From NCBI GenBank assembly GCA_963789955.1, contig CAWBMV010000034.1, positions 480,001 to 544,000 on the forward strand: 64,000 bases of DNA, given 5' to 3'. This document shows, one piece after another, positions 62,464 through 64,000 of the stretch. The notes under the pieces are model-generated. The model saw only the letters and a program-made list of their open reading frames with translations. It ran no database searches and was not told the DNA's origin. The position numbers were made by a program, and so were the translations under genes. The DNA is from an uncultured Candidatus Rokubacteria bacterium (lineage in GTDB: Bacteria > Methylomirabilota > Methylomirabilia > Rokubacteriales > CSP1-6). Each line of letters opens with the position of its first letter. The first letter of the stretch is position 1.

Positions 62464-64000
62464 TTGCGAGTTTCTGGTTCGGTAGTCGACGCGAAAAAGC
62501 GCCGTGCGGTCCGCCGGAGTGCCTGGACGGCTCTGGCAGTGGTGGCGCTCCTCACCTTGCTCTCGGCGCTCCCGGCGCTGGCCCAGGACGCGGCCAAAGA
62601 ACCGGCATACCGCGCATTCCCGCTGATCGGCTCGCGGCTGGCGGTCTGGGCGGTCGCCCAGCTCCATCTGAACTTCGCCGCCTTCATCCTCGGCGTGCCG
62701 ATCTTCGCCGTCATCATCGAGATCATCGGCTGGCGCACCCGTGACGCCCAGTACGACTGGCTCTCGCACGAGCTCGTCAAGCTGACGTTCGCGGCGTTCT
62801 CGACGACGGCGCTGCTGGGCGCGCTCCTCCTGTTCCTGTTCATCGGCTACTACCCGAAGTTCTGGACGTACATGACGTCGATCTTCTTCCCCACGTACGG
62901 GGTGTACGCCGGCCTGTTCTTCGCCGAGACCTTCACCGTCTACATCTGGTACTACGGCTGGGACTGGCTCAGCGGCTCTCGGAAATGGATCCACGTGAGC
63001 CTCGGCGTGCTGTCCAACCTCTTCGGGACCGCGATCCTCCTGGTCGCCAACTCCTGGGTGACGTTCATGATCTCGCCCGCCGGCGTCGACGACTCCGGCG
63101 CCTTGAAGGGCTCGGTGTGGGCGGCGATCAACAACTTCACCTGGATGCCGATCAACATCCACCGGCTCATCGCCAACATCGTCTTCGGCGGCACCATCTG
63201 CGCGGCGTACGCGGCGTTCCGCTTCCTCGGCGCCAAGACCGACGAGGAGCGGGCCCGCTACGACTGGATGGGGTACATCGGCAACTTCGTGGCCCTGTCG
63301 GCGTTCATCGTGCTGCCGTTCGCCGGCTACTACCTCGGCCGCGAGATCTACGCGTTCAACCAGACCATGGGCATCACGATGATGGGCGGCTTCATGTCCT
63401 GGCTCTGGATCATCCAGGCGATCCTGATCGGCGTGCTCTTCATGGGCTCGAACTACTATCTGTGGCTCGGCATGGAGCGCATCCCGGGCTCGGAGCGGTA
63501 TCGCCGCTACGTGCCGATGCTCATCGGCATCCTCGCGTTCGGCTTCATGGTCTGGGCGACGCCGCGCTCGATGGTCATCACGCTCGACGAGGCGCGCGCG
63601 ATGGGCGGCACTCACCATCCGTTGCTGGGCTTCCTCGGCGTCATGTCCGCGAAGAACACGGCCGTGAACATGATGATCCTGACGACGTTCCTGTCGTTCG
63701 TCCTCTACCGCCGCGCGAACAAGGTCTCGACCAAGTCGTGGGTCGGAATGGGTATGGCGATCCAGTGGGCCGCGCTCGGCGTCGCGGCGGCCATCGTCAT
63801 CTTCTTCGGCGTGTACGGCTACTTCGTCGAGTCGCTCGTGCGGATCGGGTTCTCGGTCTATCAGGTGCTCGCCGTGCTCGGCGCGATCTTCGTCGTGATG
63901 GCGATCGACATTCCCATGTTCAAGGGCGCCCGATCCACCGGGCTGATCCGCTGGGGCACGATCGCGCCGCGCTCGCAGTACGTGTTGATCCTGCTCGCGG
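62464..64000 (+). CDS. Cytochrome bd-like oxidase subunit I (3' truncated; absent from the ORF track; start uncertain)
   Basis: Open frame +1 to the window end: AQLHLNFAAFILGVPIF, FFAETFTVYIWYYGWD, ANSWVTFMISP, INNFTWMPINIHRLIAN, GGTHHP. Confidence 0.85.
   Translation, partial: MRVSGSVVDAKKRRAVRRSAWTALAVVALLTLLSALPALAQDAAKEPAYRAFPLIGSRLAVWAVAQLHLNFAAFILGVPIFAVIIEIIGWRTRDAQYDWLSHELVKLTFAAFSTTALLGALLLFLFIGYYPKFWTYMTSIFFPTYGVYAGLFFAETFTVYIWYYGWDWLSGSRKWIHVSLGVLSNLFGTAILLVANSWVTFMISPAGVDDSGALKGSVWAAINNFTWMPINIHRLIANIVFGGTICAAYAAFRFLGAKTDEERARYDWMGYIGNFVALSAFIVLPFAGYYLGREIYAFNQTMGITMMGGFMSWLWIIQAILIGVLFMGSNYYLWLGMERIPGSERYRRYVPMLIGILAFGFMVWATPRSMVITLDEARAMGGTHHPLLGFLGVMSAKNTAVNMMILTTFLSFVLYRRANKVSTKSWVGMGMAIQWAALGVAAAIVIFFGVYGYFVESLVRIGFSVYQVLAVLGAIFVVMAIDIPMFKGARSTGLIRWGTIAPRSQYVLILLA

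Overview
GC-rich bacterial chromosomal window that is mostly housekeeping. Gene content (lpxC, NtrY/NtrX, caa3 oxidase, bd-like oxidase) resembles Methylomirabilota/Rokubacteria or Nitrospirota/deltaproteobacteria, but that is inference only. Minus strand 0.2-35.6 kb: pyr operon (pyrR-pyrB-pyrC-carA-orf88-carB-pyrF-pyrE), amidohydrolase, lpxC-DUF4390-ntrY-ntrX, lepA-lepB-hemW-hrcA-grpE-dnaJ-prmA-rsmE-archease, nucleotide-sugar genes, caa3-type cytochrome c oxidase operon, M20 hydrolase. 35.6-55 kb: acyl-CoA dehydrogenase pair, NUDIX, DUF808, APC transporter, glycosyltransferase pair, thioesterase plus a lone PaaA/BoxB-like diiron protein plus an ABC transporter, MBL hydrolase, PuuD/GGT, MFS. 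55-64 kb: ftsH-degP-cbpA-clpB and a divergent, truncated cytochrome bd-like subunit. More than 20 genes, including conserved housekeeping genes, carry short indel frameshifts. These are most likely long-read errors, and they create false fusions in the ORF track (pyrF-pyrE, DUF4390-NtrY, ClpB-MFS). Frameshift positions given are approximate. Most notable signals: a sigma54 promoter on lpxC with a palindromic upstream site whose motif recurs twice over the ntrYX promoter; a PyrR-binding loop covering the pyrR ribosome-binding site; a CTG-started carB in frame behind an orphan gene's TAG; a lone diiron epoxidase-like gene with an altered ligand motif; a bd-like oxidase; a perfect 40-bp inverted repeat; and widespread leaderless or short-leader promoters. 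No rRNA, tRNA, CRISPR array or transposase was recognised.
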